Part shown: piece after piece, positions 14,208 through 27,699 of the stretch
Layout: the number at the start of each line of letters is the position of its first letter
How positions within the stretch are numbered: the first letter of the stretch is position 1
NCBI RefSeq assembly: GCF_009914755.1
Contig: NC_060940.1
Length of the DNA stretch: 64,000 nucleotides
Reading direction: 5' to 3' (one strand)
From: the human T2T-CHM13v2.0 reference genome, Homo sapiens
The notes under the pieces: generated by a model
The model's database searches: none
The model's input: only the letters and a program-made list of their open reading frames with translations
What the model was told of the DNA's origin: nothing
Program-made: the position numbers and the translations under genes

Positions 14208-14694
14208 GAATAGATTTTCCCACCAAGCCTCAGAAGGAGCGTGGTCTTGCCAACACCTTGATTTCAGGCTTCCTGCCTCCAGAAATGTAAGAGAACACAT
14301 TTCTGTTGTTTTAAGCCACTAAGTTTGTGGTCATTTGTTACAGCAGCCCAAGGAAACTAATACACTGGGTCACCATTTTTATTGACCTCACAGTAGTTAA
14401 CACACTGATGAAAAGACTCTGGGTGAGGCAGAACTGTGAGGCCCACAGCAGAGGTTCAAAAAGGGTGGTGTGTTTTTGTGCCCTTCACAGCTTCTCAAGC
14501 CCCATGCGCTGTCTTCTCCGGGTATCCTCCGGGTTTGCTGTCTGCCCTGTCGGATCCTGGAGTGGCTTCAGACGGAGGGCTTTCCTTCGAGAGGGCAAAG
14601 GAAGATAGCTTTTGGAGGAGGGAGAGGGAGTAGGGCAGAGTGGACACTGGCGGAAAGGAGAAGAATGGGGGTATGGGGAAAAAGGGAAGAGGAG

Positions 14695-15003
14695 GGTTGG
14701 GTGCCAAAGCTCATGCCTGTAATACCAGCACTTTGGGAGGCCGAGGCAGGAGGATTACTTGTGGCCAGGAGTTCTGAAGCCTGGGCAACATAGCGAGACC
14801 TCCATCTCTAAATAAAATAAAATAAAATAAAAAATCAGCTGCACATGGTGGTGCACACCTGTAGTCCCAGCTACTTAGGAGGCTGAGGCAGCAGGATCAC
14901 TTGAGTCCAGGGAGGCAGTGAGCTGTGACTGTGTCACTGCACTCCAGCCTGGGTAACAGAGTGGGATCCTATCTCTAAAAATTAAAAGAAAGAGAAAAGA
15001 AAA
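14695..15003 (+). mobile_element. AluJ
   Basis: Dimeric Alu with ggatcacttgagtccaggg and A-rich tail. Confidence 0.93.
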
Positions 15004-15562
15004 GGTTGACTGGAGCTCTGAAGTCTGAGGCCCCCCAAAATGAGGCTGTTGTTCAGGTCCAGGTTGGTGGTTGTAAGGGGTACTGCAGGGTGCCCCAAGA
15101 CCAGTTGGGTCTGAGCCCTTGCCCACCTGATTCCAAATAGCTCCTTTGCGCCCATTGCAGACCCTGAAATTCCACTATTAAATTCTCTTGGAAGACCTGG
15201 GGTGGAGGTGAGTTCTATAGCAATTACAACTCAGTGTTGTCTTCCTTTATAAATCACATCCGCAATGCAGGTTGGCTACATCCAATTCCGGCATTTTAAA
15301 GGCTGAGTGACAAAGACACATGTGAAGCAATCTGAATACATAAGCCTGGATTTCTATGACGTTTTCTCCTAACATTTATACTTGTCTTGTTCATCTTTAT
15401 TTCCATGACAAATTTTTTGTCCACTGCTTTCATAGGGAACACCACATTTTAAAAGCAAATTATCGTTATGGCATCTTTTACAAACATTCAAATTAGTTTA
15501 AAAAATGTTTTCCACTCATATTTCATTGGTTGAATATTATTTAATTAATGCTATAGAAACTC

Positions 15563-16123
15563 CAAAGAGTGAAAAATGGAACTAGCATTTGACCCAGCAA
15601 ATACCACCACTGGATATCTACGCAACGGAAAAGAAATCATTTTATCAAAAAGATATCTGCACTTGTATGTTTATTGTAGCACTGTTCACAATAGCATAGT
15701 TATGGAGTCAACCTAGGCACCCATCCACGGTGGACTGGATTAAAAAAATGTGGTACATATACACCTTGGAATACTTTACAGCCATTAAAAATGAATTCAT
15801 GTCCTTTGCAGCAACATGGATGCAGCTGGAGGTTATTGTCCTAAGTGAATTAATGAAGAAACAGAAAATCAAATACTGCATATTCTCACTTATAAGTGGG
15901 AGCTCAAAAATGGGTACACATGGACATAAAGATGGAAACAATAGATACTGGGGTCTCCAAAAGTGTGGGGAGAGAGGGAAGAGGGCAAGGATTGAAAAAC
16001 TGCCTATTGGGTACTATGTTCACTGTTTGGGTGATGGGTTCAATAGACGCTTGAACCCCAGAATTATGCAATATACCCTGTAACAAACCTACACATGCAC
16101 CCCTGAATATAAAATTTTTTAGA
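15563..16123 (+). mobile_element. 5'-truncated L1PA/PB 3' end (ORF2 C-terminus plus 3'UTR)
   Basis: Encodes WIKKMWYIYTLEYFTAIKNEFMSFAATWM (ORF2p C-terminus); degenerate TSD aatgctatagaaactc/aaagccacagaaactc. Confidence 0.92.
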
Positions 16124-16242
16124 AAGCCACAGAAACTCAGTAAGAAACGCCAGCATTACATGGGTCTGGGAACATATACAATTGATATTGGTCAACTTCC
16201 AACTCAAATGGCGGGTGGGGACAGAAGTGAGTTTGTGACTAG

Positions 16243-16478
16243 ACCAGAGCTTCCCAACCTTAGATTTGAATGATGAGAGTGTAACTGGGGAGTTGGGGAG
16301 GGAGTTTTACATATATAGGAACACATCTGGGGAAAATATCATGGGAACAATTGGGGGGTCTGATTGAAAATGCAGATTCGGAGTCGGCTGGCCTGAGGTG
16401 GGGTGTGCGGGGCTGCATTGATGAAGCCTCCCAGGCTGTGCTGGTCCTGCTGGTCTGGAGACCACACTTTGAGGAAAG
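16243..16478. mobile_element. MER5A-like DNA transposon
   Basis: aaatgcagattc...ggtctggagaccacactttgag. Confidence 0.55.
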
Positions 16479-18454
16479 AGGGGGAAGAGCAACTTCTCAG
16501 CCTTAGTGGTGAGTAAGCTCCGGGTGGAGAGGGAGAACGAGTCAGTTCGCAGTGGCCATTAGGAGGACTCTTGCTCTGAGCCCACTTCTGCTTTCCCATC
16601 CTTTTCCCATTCATTGCTTTCAGTTCTGGTCTTGGAACCATGCAGGATAAATCACTAAATCACATAAGCTTCATGAGAATAGGGTCAGCTTACAGCCTCG
16701 CAGGTAGCTAGAATGCCTTAAAAGTTTTATTTTTTTCAGGTTTATTAAGGTGTAATTGACATACAGTAAAAATCACTTTTAAAATGTGTACAGTTCAATG
16801 AGTTTTGACAATATATATAGTCATGCGACAGCCGCAATTGAGAGATAAAGCATTTCCTGCAAGCAAGAAAAGTTCCTCTTGTCCCTTTTCTGTTCAGTCT
16901 CCTTTCTTCACCCCCAGTCCCCGGCAACCACTGATTTGATTTCTGTTCTTACAGTTTTGCCTTTTCCTGAACATCATATTCACGAAATCATACAAATTGG
17001 GTCTGGCTTCTTTTAGTTACCATAATGTTTTTGACATTTATTCATATTGTTATATAGATCAGTAGTTCGTTCTTTTTATTGCTAAGCAGTATTTCATTAT
17101 ATCCATCTATTAATGGGTTTGGGGGTTGTTTCTACTGTAAGCTAATGTAAGTAATGCTGTCATGAACATTTGGCCACAGATCTTTGTGTGGACATAGGTT
17201 TTCATTTCTCCTGGTAAAAGCCTGGAAGTGGAATCACTGGGTCATGAGGTCAGGGTATGCATCACTTTACCAAAGACTGGCAAAATGGTTGCCAAGAGAG
17301 TTCCAGTTGCTCCACGTTCTCACCACGGCTAATATTGTCAGTCTTTTTAATCTGAGCTATTTTAGTATGTGTGTCATAATATCTCATTGTGGTTTTCATT
17401 TGCATTTCTTTAATGACTAACAGTGTTGAGCTTCTTTTCATGGGGTTATTTGCCATTCCTACATCTTTCTTGGTGTAGTATCTGTTCATATTTTTGCCCA
17501 ATTTTTAAATCGAATTCTTTGTCTTCTTGTGTTGTAAAGAGTTCTATATATTATTCTAGATACAAGCCCTCTCTTTATCCAGTGTTTCTAAATATGTTTT
17601 AAAATATTGCCCCTCAAGAGCCTTTTTAGACATTTTTTCCTAACGTCTCCCCCCATCCACTATGAAATGTAAATAACAGCCATATCATATATCTATTTAT
17701 ATACCATGATCCTTTGCAGGCTCACATATCATTATAATATCTAAAATTTTTAGCCACCAAGAACAAATTTTTGCCCCCTCAATGATATCACCTCCATTGA
17801 GAATGCATACAGTTATCAGATATGTGTTTTGCAAACATTTGTTCTCAATTTGTGACTTGTTTTTTTCATTTTTCTTAATATCTTTCGAAGAGCAGAGTTT
17901 TACATTTTTATGAAGTCCAATTTATCATTTTTTTATGACTTAAGCGTGTTGTTTTCTATCTAGGAATTATTGGTCAAAACCCAGGTCATGTATATTTTCT
18001 CCTAGAAGTTTTAAATCTTTAGCTCTTACATTTAAGTGGGTGAACCATTCCAAGTTACTTTTTGTATATGGTGCAACATAAGGGTTAAGTTTCCACTTCT
18101 TTTGAAATGAATGCCCCATTTTCTAGCACTATTATTGAAAATACAATATTTCCTCATTCAGTTACCTTGGTACTTTGTCAAAAATAAATTGACCATGGAG
18201 GTGTAGGTCTATTTCTGGACTCTTCATTCCATTCCATTGATCTATATGACTTTCATTATGCAAACACTACACCATCTCATCTGCAATTAGATAGCATTAA
18301 TCCTCTAGCTTTGCTGTTCTTTTTTGAAATTGTTTTGGCTGTTCTAGGTCATTCATTGTTTTATGTAAATTTAGAATCAGCTTGACAATGTCCACAAAAA
18401 GCTAGCTAGAATTTGGACTGGGATTACATTGGATGTACAGAAATATTTGGGAAG

Positions 18455-18851
18455 TGTATTAGTCAAGGTTTTCCAGAGAAACAGAACCAACAGGATGTGT
18501 GTGTGTGTGTATGTGTGTGTGTGTGTGTGTGTGTATAACATATATATATTTATATTTATTATAAGGAATTGGCTCACATGATTATGGAGGCTGGAAATTC
18601 CAAATTTGCAGTGTGGTCTGGCAGGCTGAGACCCAGGAGAGCTGTTGGTGCAGATGAGGTCTGGAGGCAGTCTGCTGTAGAATTCCTTCTTGCTAGGGCA
18701 GGTCGAACTTTTCGTTCTATTAGGGCTCCAACTGATTGAATGAGATCCACCCCCATGAAGAAATGCAATCCGCTTATCAAAGTCCACCCATTTAAATGCT
18801 AATCTCATTCAAAAACATCCTCCAAGTTGACACCTAGAATTAACTATTGCA
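18455..18851 (-). mobile_element. MLT2 LTR with internal (TG)n/(TA)n
   Basis: tgtattagtcaaggttttccagagaaacagaacc...ttgacacctagaattaactattgca; 5-bp TSD ggaag/gggag. Confidence 0.9.
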
Positions 18852-20159
18852 GGGAGGATTGACATTTTAACAATACTGAGTTTTTTGATCCATGAACCTG
18901 GTTTATCTGTATTCATTTTGGTCTTTTATAAAAATTTTTTTTCAGCAATGTTTTATAGTTTTCAGCATATAAATCCTGCATAGATATCATTAGGTTTATC
19001 CATAATTATTTCATGCTTTTTGAAGCAACTGTAATTTTTTTAAATTTAAATATTCAACTGTTAATTTCTAGTATACAGAAATGTCATTGATTTTTGTACA
19101 GTGATCTTGCAACCTGTGACCATGCTAACTAAACTCACGTAGATTTCTTTAAATATATATGATCATATTGATTATAAATAAAGACAGTTTTATTTCTTCT
19201 TTTTGAATATGTTTGTTTTTTATTTCTTTTGCTTTCCTTATTGCACTGGTTAGAACCTTTAGTACGATGTTGAACAGAAGTGGTAAAAATGGGAATTTTT
19301 TTCTTTAGTTTTTGTCTTTTTTTAATATTAACCAGGTCCTCACCAGACAGATAATGAGAATTTTTTGAATCTCTGTTATTAGATCTTTTGAGATGATCAT
19401 TTCATTTTCTTTCCAGCTTATTGATGTGGTGAATTTACACATTTTTGGATGTTAATCCAATCTTGTATTTCTGGGTTAAACCCCACTTAGTCATGATGTA
19501 GTATCCTTTCTATATATTTTATTTTATTTTATTTTGCTGAATTTTATTTTCTCATGTTTTAATAAATATTTTTGAGTCTATGTTCATGGGTGACATTGTC
19601 TGTAGTTTTCTTGTTGTATCTTTGTCTGGTTTTGATATCAGGGCAATGTCGGCCTCGAAATGAGTTGAAAAGTATTACCTTCTCTTCTGCTTTATAGAAA
19701 AGTAGTGTTTCTTCATTGAATGTTTGGTAGATTTCACCAGTGAAACCATCTGAGCCCGAAGTTTTGTTTGTGAGAAGGTTTTAAACAATGAATCAAATTT
19801 CTTTAAAAGTTATATGAAAAGCTATTTCTTGTCAGATAAGCCCTGGTAGTTTGTGTCTTTTAAGGCTTTTTTCCATTTCATCTAAATTGTCAAATTTGTT
19901 GGTAAAGTCACCCTTAATATTACCTCTTTAACATTCTGATTTCCATAGGGTCTATCGTTGTGTACCTGCTTTCATTCCTAATATTGGCAATTTGTGTTTT
20001 CTGTCTTCTTTCTTGATCACTGTCTAAAGGTTTGTTGATTTTATTGACCTTTTCAAAGAACTAGGTTTTTGCTTTATTGATTTTTCCTATTTTCTCATGT
20101 TTTATCTTACTGATTTCTGTCCTAATTTTTATTTACTTTCTTCCATTTTGGTTTAATTT

Positions 20160-20320
20160 TCTCTCCTTTTTTTTCTTTCTTTCTTTTCCTTCCTTCCTTC
20201 CTCCCTTCCTTCCTTCCTTCCTTCCTTCCTTCCCTCCCTCCTTCCTTCCTTCCCTCCCTCCTTCCCTCCCTTCCTTCCTTCCTTCTTCTCTTCTCTTTCT
20301 TTTCTTCTTCTTCTTCTTTT
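20160..20320. repeat. (CCTT)n/(CTT)n polypyrimidine microsatellite derived from Alu tail
   Basis: ~160 bp pure pyrimidine tract. Confidence 0.95.
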
Positions 20321-20594
20321 TTTTTTTTGACAGAGTTTTGCTCTGTCACCCAGGCTGGAGCACAGTGGTGTGATATCAGCTCACTGCAACCTCCACTTCC
20401 TGGGTTCAAGCAATTTTCCTGCCCCAGCCTCCTGAGTAGCTGGGATTACACGTGCGTGTCACCATGCCTGGCTAATTTTTGTATTTTTAGTAGAGACGGG
20501 TTTCACCACATTGGCCAGGCTGGTCTCAAACTCCTGACCTCGTGATCCACCCATCTCAGCCTCCCAAAGTGTTGGGACTACAGGCGTGAGCCAC
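20311..20594 (-). mobile_element. AluS (Sc/Sg-like)
   Basis: Antisense Alu body; gacctcgtgatcc. Confidence 0.95.
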
Positions 20595-20923
20595 ATTTTT
20601 CTAGTTCCCTAAGGTGGAGGCTGAAGTTATTAATTCGAGATCTTACTACTTTTCTAATGCCAGTACCATGGGGTCTATGGAGTCACATGGTCCAAGCTAC
20701 AGAACTTGTAGCATAGCCTGGACCTGCTGCAGAGCCCTCTCTTGCTTTGAGCCTCACTTAAGACTAGCATGTTTCCTTACAAGTCATTGAATGGGCAAGA
20801 GCAGTATCCCCCAGTGTTGGAGTATGCGTCCTTCAATTCGGACTGGTCTACCAAGCACTGGGGTTTTTTCCTTAGTGGTAGGAATTGCACAGTACAATAA
20901 CTTTACTTTATTTTGGAGGGGAT

Positions 20924-21356
20924 TGATATTATTTGCATGCATGTGCCCACCCAAATCTCATGTCAAATTGTAATCTCTAATGTTGGAGGTGGGGCCTGGT
21001 GGGAAGTGACTGGATTGTGGGGGCGTATTTCTCATGAGTGGTTTAGCACTATCCCCTTGGTGCTGTCCTCATGACAGTGAGTGAATTCTCTCGAGATATG
21101 ATTGTTTAAAAGTCTGTGGCACCTTCTCTCTCTCTCTCTCTCTCTTCCTCCCTGCTCTGGCCATGTGACATGCTTGCTTCCCCTTCTGCTTCTGCCATGA
21201 TTGTAAGCTTCCTGAGGCCTCCGCAGAAGCTGAGCAGATGTTAGCACCATGCTTCCTGTAAAGCCTGCAGAACCATGAGCCAATCATACCTCTTTTCTTT
21301 GTAAATTACTCAGGTTCAGCTATTTCTTTACAGCAATACAAGAATCACCTAATACA
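20924..21356 (+). mobile_element. MSTA MaLR solo LTR
   Basis: cccacccaaatctcatgtcaaattgtaatc...gcctgcagaaccatgagccaat...ctaataca; perfect 5-bp TSD gggat. Confidence 0.93.
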
Positions 21357-21721
21357 GGGATGCTCCACTGCTGCAGACCACTGGCCCCTAGAAACTTTGC
21401 TGATACATACCTGGGATTTCTTACTTCCCATCCTTTGGACAGCATGTATCTTACCCAGGCATCCCGATGACTTGTCTCTTCTTGCTCATCTGATCCAATT
21501 AACATATCATACAGGGAAGTAATTTCAGCTCACTGCTGAAATTGATACAGGGAAGTAATTTCAGTTTCTTTGTGAAGTGTCCAGATTGCCTAGGTCACAT
21601 TATGGACTACATTATGGCAGAAATCAGAATTACCATATTCCAGGGCAGGATTATCAATATATGCTATTATCCATTGGATGTAGATGCAAACAGCTTCTGA
21701 TCCTCATTTGTGATGGGCACG

Positions 21722-22154
21722 TGTAGTGGGTTAAATGATGCACCTGCCCCCACCCCACCAAAGAAAAGATATGCCCACCTGGAACCTAGAACTGTGGACT
21801 TATTTGGAATAAAGGTCTTGGCAGATATAATTAAATAAAGGATCTCAAGATACGATCATCTTGGATTAGGGTAGGCCCTAAATCCAATGATAAATTTCCT
21901 TATAAGAGAAGAGAGAGGAATACATACAGGAGAGGACAGAGATTGGAGTGATGTGTCTACAAGCCAAGAAATGCCAAAGACAGCCGGCAGCCACCAGGAG
22001 AGGAAGGACTCTTCCCTAGAGCCTCCAGAGGCAGCCTACTGACCCCTTGACTTCAGACCACTGGCCTCTAGAACTGTGAGAGAATAAATTTCTGTTGTTT
22101 TAAGTCATTAAGTTTGTGGTAGTTTGTTATGGCAGTCCCAGGAAACAAACAACA
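21722..22154 (+). mobile_element. MLT1C-like LTR
   Basis: tgtagtgggttaaatg...gaactgtgagagaataaatttctgttgttttaag. Confidence 0.88.
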
Positions 22155-23998
22155 GTATTGGAAAGAACACGTTTGGCAGATCAGAAATAAATTGCAAACC
22201 ACATAGCTGAGGTTGTGTTAGTCTGCTGTAGTAAACAGACCTCCTTTGGCATAGGAACTGCAATTCAGCCACCACTTCGTTGATCCTTTCGTCCATCATC
22301 TGCAGTGAGAGCTCTGGCATCTCAGCTTCATTTAATGAGGGCCAATGTGAGCTTTTTCCAAGCTTCTAAGAGCCATCCCAGCTATGTATTAGACCCATCC
22401 CTGGAAGCCTCGCCGGGGTGTTAAATTCCATGGCAAAGGAGAGGGCTCCCTTGTCAACAAATGTTCCTTTATTCAGTGATAAATTCTGTCCACCTTGACC
22501 CAGCATCCTCAGGATCCACTCCTGGGCATGCCCTCCCAGTCCTGCCAGGGCATGTCCACTAGTACCTGCAGAGTCTTTTACTTAGAAACTTTCCCATTCC
22601 TAAGCAGGCCTCACACAGTTGACTCATGCTGAGACTTGGCCCTACAGATTAGACTGGTGGCGGGGAGAGGAGGTGACAGCAGATACGGAGGAGGCCAGTG
22701 CTGCTTTATAAAAATCCTCATTTGGGGCTTCTTGGATAGTCTCCTAACAGGGTGGACAGGCCGCTTCTGCAGACCCAGAGGACCCAAAGTTCTCAAGTAC
22801 ATGTACTCAAATGCACTTACCCCAAGTTCCAGATTCCTGCAGCTTCTCCATCAGAGGTCTGACTTTGGTGTAGAAAACTTGCCTAGGCTTAGAATTAGAA
22901 TTTAAATTTCCTTAAAGTTGCAACTCTTATCCTTAAGTCCTTTCCTCATATCCTTAAGGCCAGGGCCTGGGAGCCAGCTGTCTGCCTCCCCAGCTGTGGG
23001 AGATGAGAGTTTCTATAATGCTGGCAATGGGGCTCTCAGACCCTCATGTTTTGCTTCACATTGTGATTGATGGCCCTGAGTCTGTCTTTTCCTCTTCTTA
23101 AGGCATGATTGGCATTCACTGGTGGGCACCCAATTCTACAGTCTTTATAAGAACTCTTTTTCCCATACCTCTCAAACATCAAAGCTCTTGCACAGGGCAG
23201 TGCACCTTTTCCACCTGTATCCCATGCCCTGGGTGTATTACAGGTAGAATCTTAGCAACAATCACTGCCTGCCATTTACCACTGTACACTAAGCACCGGT
23301 GATGGGGCTATGATTTCTAGCCATCTAGGGACTTCAGAATCCTATCCTTCTCATCTATTTCCTAGGATCACTCCTGGTGCCAAATATATTAGCTTGGGTT
23401 CCCTAAAAGCAGAGCTTGAGAAAGGAATTCAAGGAGCACATGATTAATCAGGGGAGTTTTTCAGGAAAATCCTGTAAGGGAGGGAATTAGGCACAATAAG
23501 ACAAGGGAGAGAGCAGAACAAGGAAGCAAACCTCAAGCAAAGCCCAGTCTTGGTCTGAGCCATGGTGATAAGAGCCCTGAAGCTCTGAATCACATTGATC
23601 AGTCAGTCATTAGCTGTGGGCTGCCCTTGCTGTGTGTTGGGGTCCAACTTCCAGGTCATGGTCCCTGTCATGAGCTGAAGGCAATTCTCCAGGGAAGGGT
23701 GCAGCTGGTGCAAACTCACTGGAGTCCAGAAAGGCGATCTGGGAGGGGAAAAACAGCATCCTACAGACCCCAGGTAATTCATAGCCTCCATAATTCACAA
23801 GTTCTTTCTCCATGAGGTGGTAAGTGGCAATTTTGTATTCTTGGAATGCCACATACCTATAATGATAGTAATTTTTTTCAGCAATGTTTCTGACATTTTT
23901 ACAGAGCATGCACTTCTAAATTAGTGACACACCATGGTGATGTTTGGCCTTCTTCAGAATAACTTTATCCTTTCCCTTCTCTGGCCCAGAGCTATTGA

Positions 23999-24309
<311 letters not shown>

Positions 24310-24749
24310 TATTTTATTCCTTTTCTTAGCACAAACTCTAGCACAACGACGACCCTTGAATCAATGCTTGGATAATGTTCCTAGAAGATTACAAAATATT
24401 TTGAATCACAAGATCAGTTAATGTTAAAGATAATATGCACTAGTCACCAAAGATACTGTTGGAAGTTGTGATAGGGGAACAATAGCATGGGTCACACAAT
24501 AATGACAAAGGACAGCACGTCCTTCTTTTCACCAGCTAGAGGCATTGCCATGTTGCACTTGGAAATGCAGTTTCAACTCACCAGCCTACCAGTTTGAAAG
24601 TTATGGAATTCTTGATGAGTTGCCAAGTTATGCAATTCTTGATGAGTTGTCAATCCCCCCATTTGGGAGGATTTCACATTTTGTATGTAACATGAGGACA
24701 TTATTATTTTTATATTACGTAGTTTCAAAATCACATCATTCAAATGCAC

Positions 24750-25390
24750 ATGTGGTGTTGTGTTCTAATACTTTTCTGGATTTGTCTTTTACATTTAGCT
24801 TCTTAATCCAGTAGGAACTTACTTTTATATATGATGTGAGGTAGGGATCCAACGTTTTCTTTCTGTTTTCCAATGGAACTCCAGATGTCACAATCTCATG
24901 TATCGGAAACACCATAATTTTCTTGATTTTTCCTATAAATAGCCTTCCATTCTAGACTTTCTATTCTGCTTCTTTGATTTCTTTGCCTGGTCTTATCAGC
25001 TTCATGTTCTTGTATCCACTTAATGGTCTCTTTTAAAATTTGGTAGAATATGCAAACACTTGTTTTTCTTTTTCAAATTTTTCTTGTCTATTCTCTTGAA
25101 TTTTCTTTTTCAAATGAATTTTAGTGTCGACTTGCCCAGTTTCATAAAAAATCCTGTAGGGATAGTGGTTGGGATGGTATTGAATTTATAGTTTAATTTG
25201 AGGGGATTTGACATTTTTACAATATTGAGTGTTTCCATCCAGGTGTTTGGTTATGCCTTTCCATTTATTCAGGTCTTCTTTTATGTCCCACAGTAAATTT
25301 TTATAGTTTTCTTCACATAGGTCCTGAACGTTTCTTGGTAGGTTTATTCCTAGGTATTTTATATATATTTTTTGTTTTCATTGTGAATGA
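24750..25390 (-). mobile_element. Old L1M fragment
   Basis: tgtgaggtagggatccaac...attgaatttatag...ggtttattcctaggtatttt. Confidence 0.8.
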
Positions 25391-27699
25391 GACTAGAGGG
25401 TTTCTGGGATTGTACTTACATCATAACAGGATTGTTTATGCGTGGAGAAAAAGAAATGTTTCTTGCTCCTGAATGAAGGTGCCTGTACCTCACTGTGGCA
25501 AATCAGTGGATAAAACTGATTGCAGATGCGGGTTCCCTTTTTTTACTGTGCAATCCTTCAGTTTTGACCTGGACCTGGAGCTAAATGCTGCTGCAGTCTC
25601 CTGTTTGGGTATGGGGGTGGGTGTCGGCTCCATTGGTTCCAATGAAAACCAATTCTGAACACAGTTATTTTGCTAATTTCTCTGCCAATCGCTCCACCCC
25701 CTCCTCTTTGTATTTGTTTACTCTGAACCCAAGTACCCTGGATCTTCTCTTACTTCCTCAGTAGCTCTGGCCATAGTGGTTGGCTGTGGTTTCCGCCAAT
25801 CCTGCCAACCCAGTCCCATCTGCTTTCCATCTTCCAGGAATTGCAGACAAGTTCTTGTTTTTCCACATGTGGTTATAGATTCATTTTGTCTTTTAAATAT
25901 GGCTTTTCTTTTGAGGAATTGGGGCAGGAGGACAGGTAGCTGGCTAGGCCTGTGTTGTCCTCCTGAGTCTATCATCTTGTGTACTCATTTTTCTTAAGTC
26001 AGGAGAGTCTTAGCCATGTTTCCATGGTGATGTGGTGGCCAGTAGGGGAAAAGGGAGGTTGAAGATGCAGAGAAGAGGTGACAATGGCTGCAGCGAAGTC
26101 CCTGGGAGAACATGAGGACTTGAAGTTCAGGTGGTGGGCTAGCTTAGGACAGGCAGGACAGGTCAAGAGCAGGCATAGGTGTAGGTGTGTTCCCAGGTTT
26201 GGTGGCAGGAAATGAACTGTGCTTCCATTTGTTCCTTCTGTGTTCCCTGTGAGATGGAACTTGAGGTTGTCATAGGCAGAAGGAGAGAGTTGAAGAGTAG
26301 AGCCAAGGAGCTCTAGAGAGGGGAGGATGTTTGAGATCACCCCTGTGAAGAGTGTGACAGAGAGCCACTTACGGACACAGAGGCTTCCTGGGTCACCCTG
26401 AGGCCACCCCTAGGATCAGATGCCCAGCCCAGAGAGGCTGCCCTGGCCAGTCCGGAAATACTCTTAGAAGAGTGCTGGTTGGGATGTGGAGAAGCTTGAC
26501 AAGGTTCTGATTAACCTTTTCTACTGGGGATTCTCTTCACAAGGCCCAAGTGGACCAGAACTCAGCGGGCTGGGTTCAAGTCCTCATGGGGCCGCTTAGC
26601 AGCTGTGGGATGCTGGGAAGCCATGGCCCTCTCTAAGCCTCTTGTTCTCTCCTTTACTGAGGCAGTGGGGGCATTGACCTCATGGGGCAGCTATGAATAA
26701 TTTACTGTGAACAACACTGGGACATGGCAGGGGGAGAATGTTGAAAAATTTGGTGGGGGCATTGTTATGAACTGGGCGGGGATACTTACGCCCTTATCAT
26801 TTATTTTTACGTATCGAAAAACATTACTCGTAAAATCTAGAAAGAGAGTGATTGAGATGGGTAATACCATCACCCTCTGGCTAAGCTATGAAGCTGCCTC
26901 TTTTTTCCACCACACTTTGGGGGCCCTTTCCCCCAGTGCCTTGGTGTCCCCTCAATGCCAGCACATCCAATTTCTCTTCCGTCCTCTGCTCACAGATATG
27001 GATCTGGTATCAGTCATCTACATCTTAGGGGCAGTTTCTTAGACACTTGGGGGTCTGGAGGGGACACAGAAGCTCTTACTACTGATATTGCAAACCACTC
27101 TCCCATCCCCAAGCATCCAGTTTTGACATGGAAACCTCTTGAGGCCAGGTTGTTTTGCAAGGTAAGCCCAGAACACTCAAGCCCAAGCAGAAGACCACGC
27201 TCCTTTGAAACTGCATTTCTGCCATTTGGTTGTGGGATTGTTCAGGGGTGGTGTTTGAGATTGGGCGCCTTCTCCCTGCAGGCTCACCAGGCAACCACGG
27301 ATTCCACTTGCCCCTGAATTAGATGGGTTGCTGGGGGTGCCCAGGCTTATCCCTGTGTGCCCACCTTGACAGGTAAGCTGTGACAGGGCCTCTCTGCTTT
27401 GGGCATAACTAACTTTATCCATAGAAGTTCTCAAGCATTGCTGGCTGTATCTGTACCTCACTCCTAGAAAGCAGGAGCTGCTCAAATACAAGTTGGTGTA
27501 ATCACAGGGAAAGCCGAGCTTTGGCCGGCACGATCTGAAGTTTCTGCTGCCTGGGCCGTCAGCTCAGAGCCGGTGCTGTTTGTCAGCACCAAGCTCAACC
27601 ACTGAGTGGGACTTTCTGGAGCATCCCAAGAGAAAACTGAGACTTCAGTAGAGGACACAGAAACCTGTGCCCAGTGGGGGCAATCGGGAAACTTCAATG

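Larger units (their letters stand above)
16725..20660 (-). mobile_element. Old L1M (MB/MC-type), ~3 kb, interrupted by MLT2, Alu and other inserts
   Basis: T-rich antisense L1 3'UTR and ORF2 motifs throughout (ggttttcatttgcatttctttaatgactaa; gtagatttcaccagtgaaaccatctgagcc). Confidence 0.88.
20660..23800 (-). mobile_element. ERVL provirus remnant (LTR16-like 5' LTR ~23385-23800 plus decayed internal sequence)
   Basis: ttgggttccctaaaagcagagcttgagaaaggaattcaag resembles antisense LTR16; adjacent cctggtgcca is the reverse complement of a PBS-like tggcaccagg; interrupted by MSTA and MLT1C. Confidence 0.55.

Noticed and set aside
15730-16083. 117-aa ORF with real protein similarity
   Set aside because: C-terminus of L1 ORF2p running into the 3'UTR of a 5'-truncated L1
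20077-20409. PSFL / EGRK repeat ORFs
   Set aside because: Translations of the (CCTT)n microsatellite
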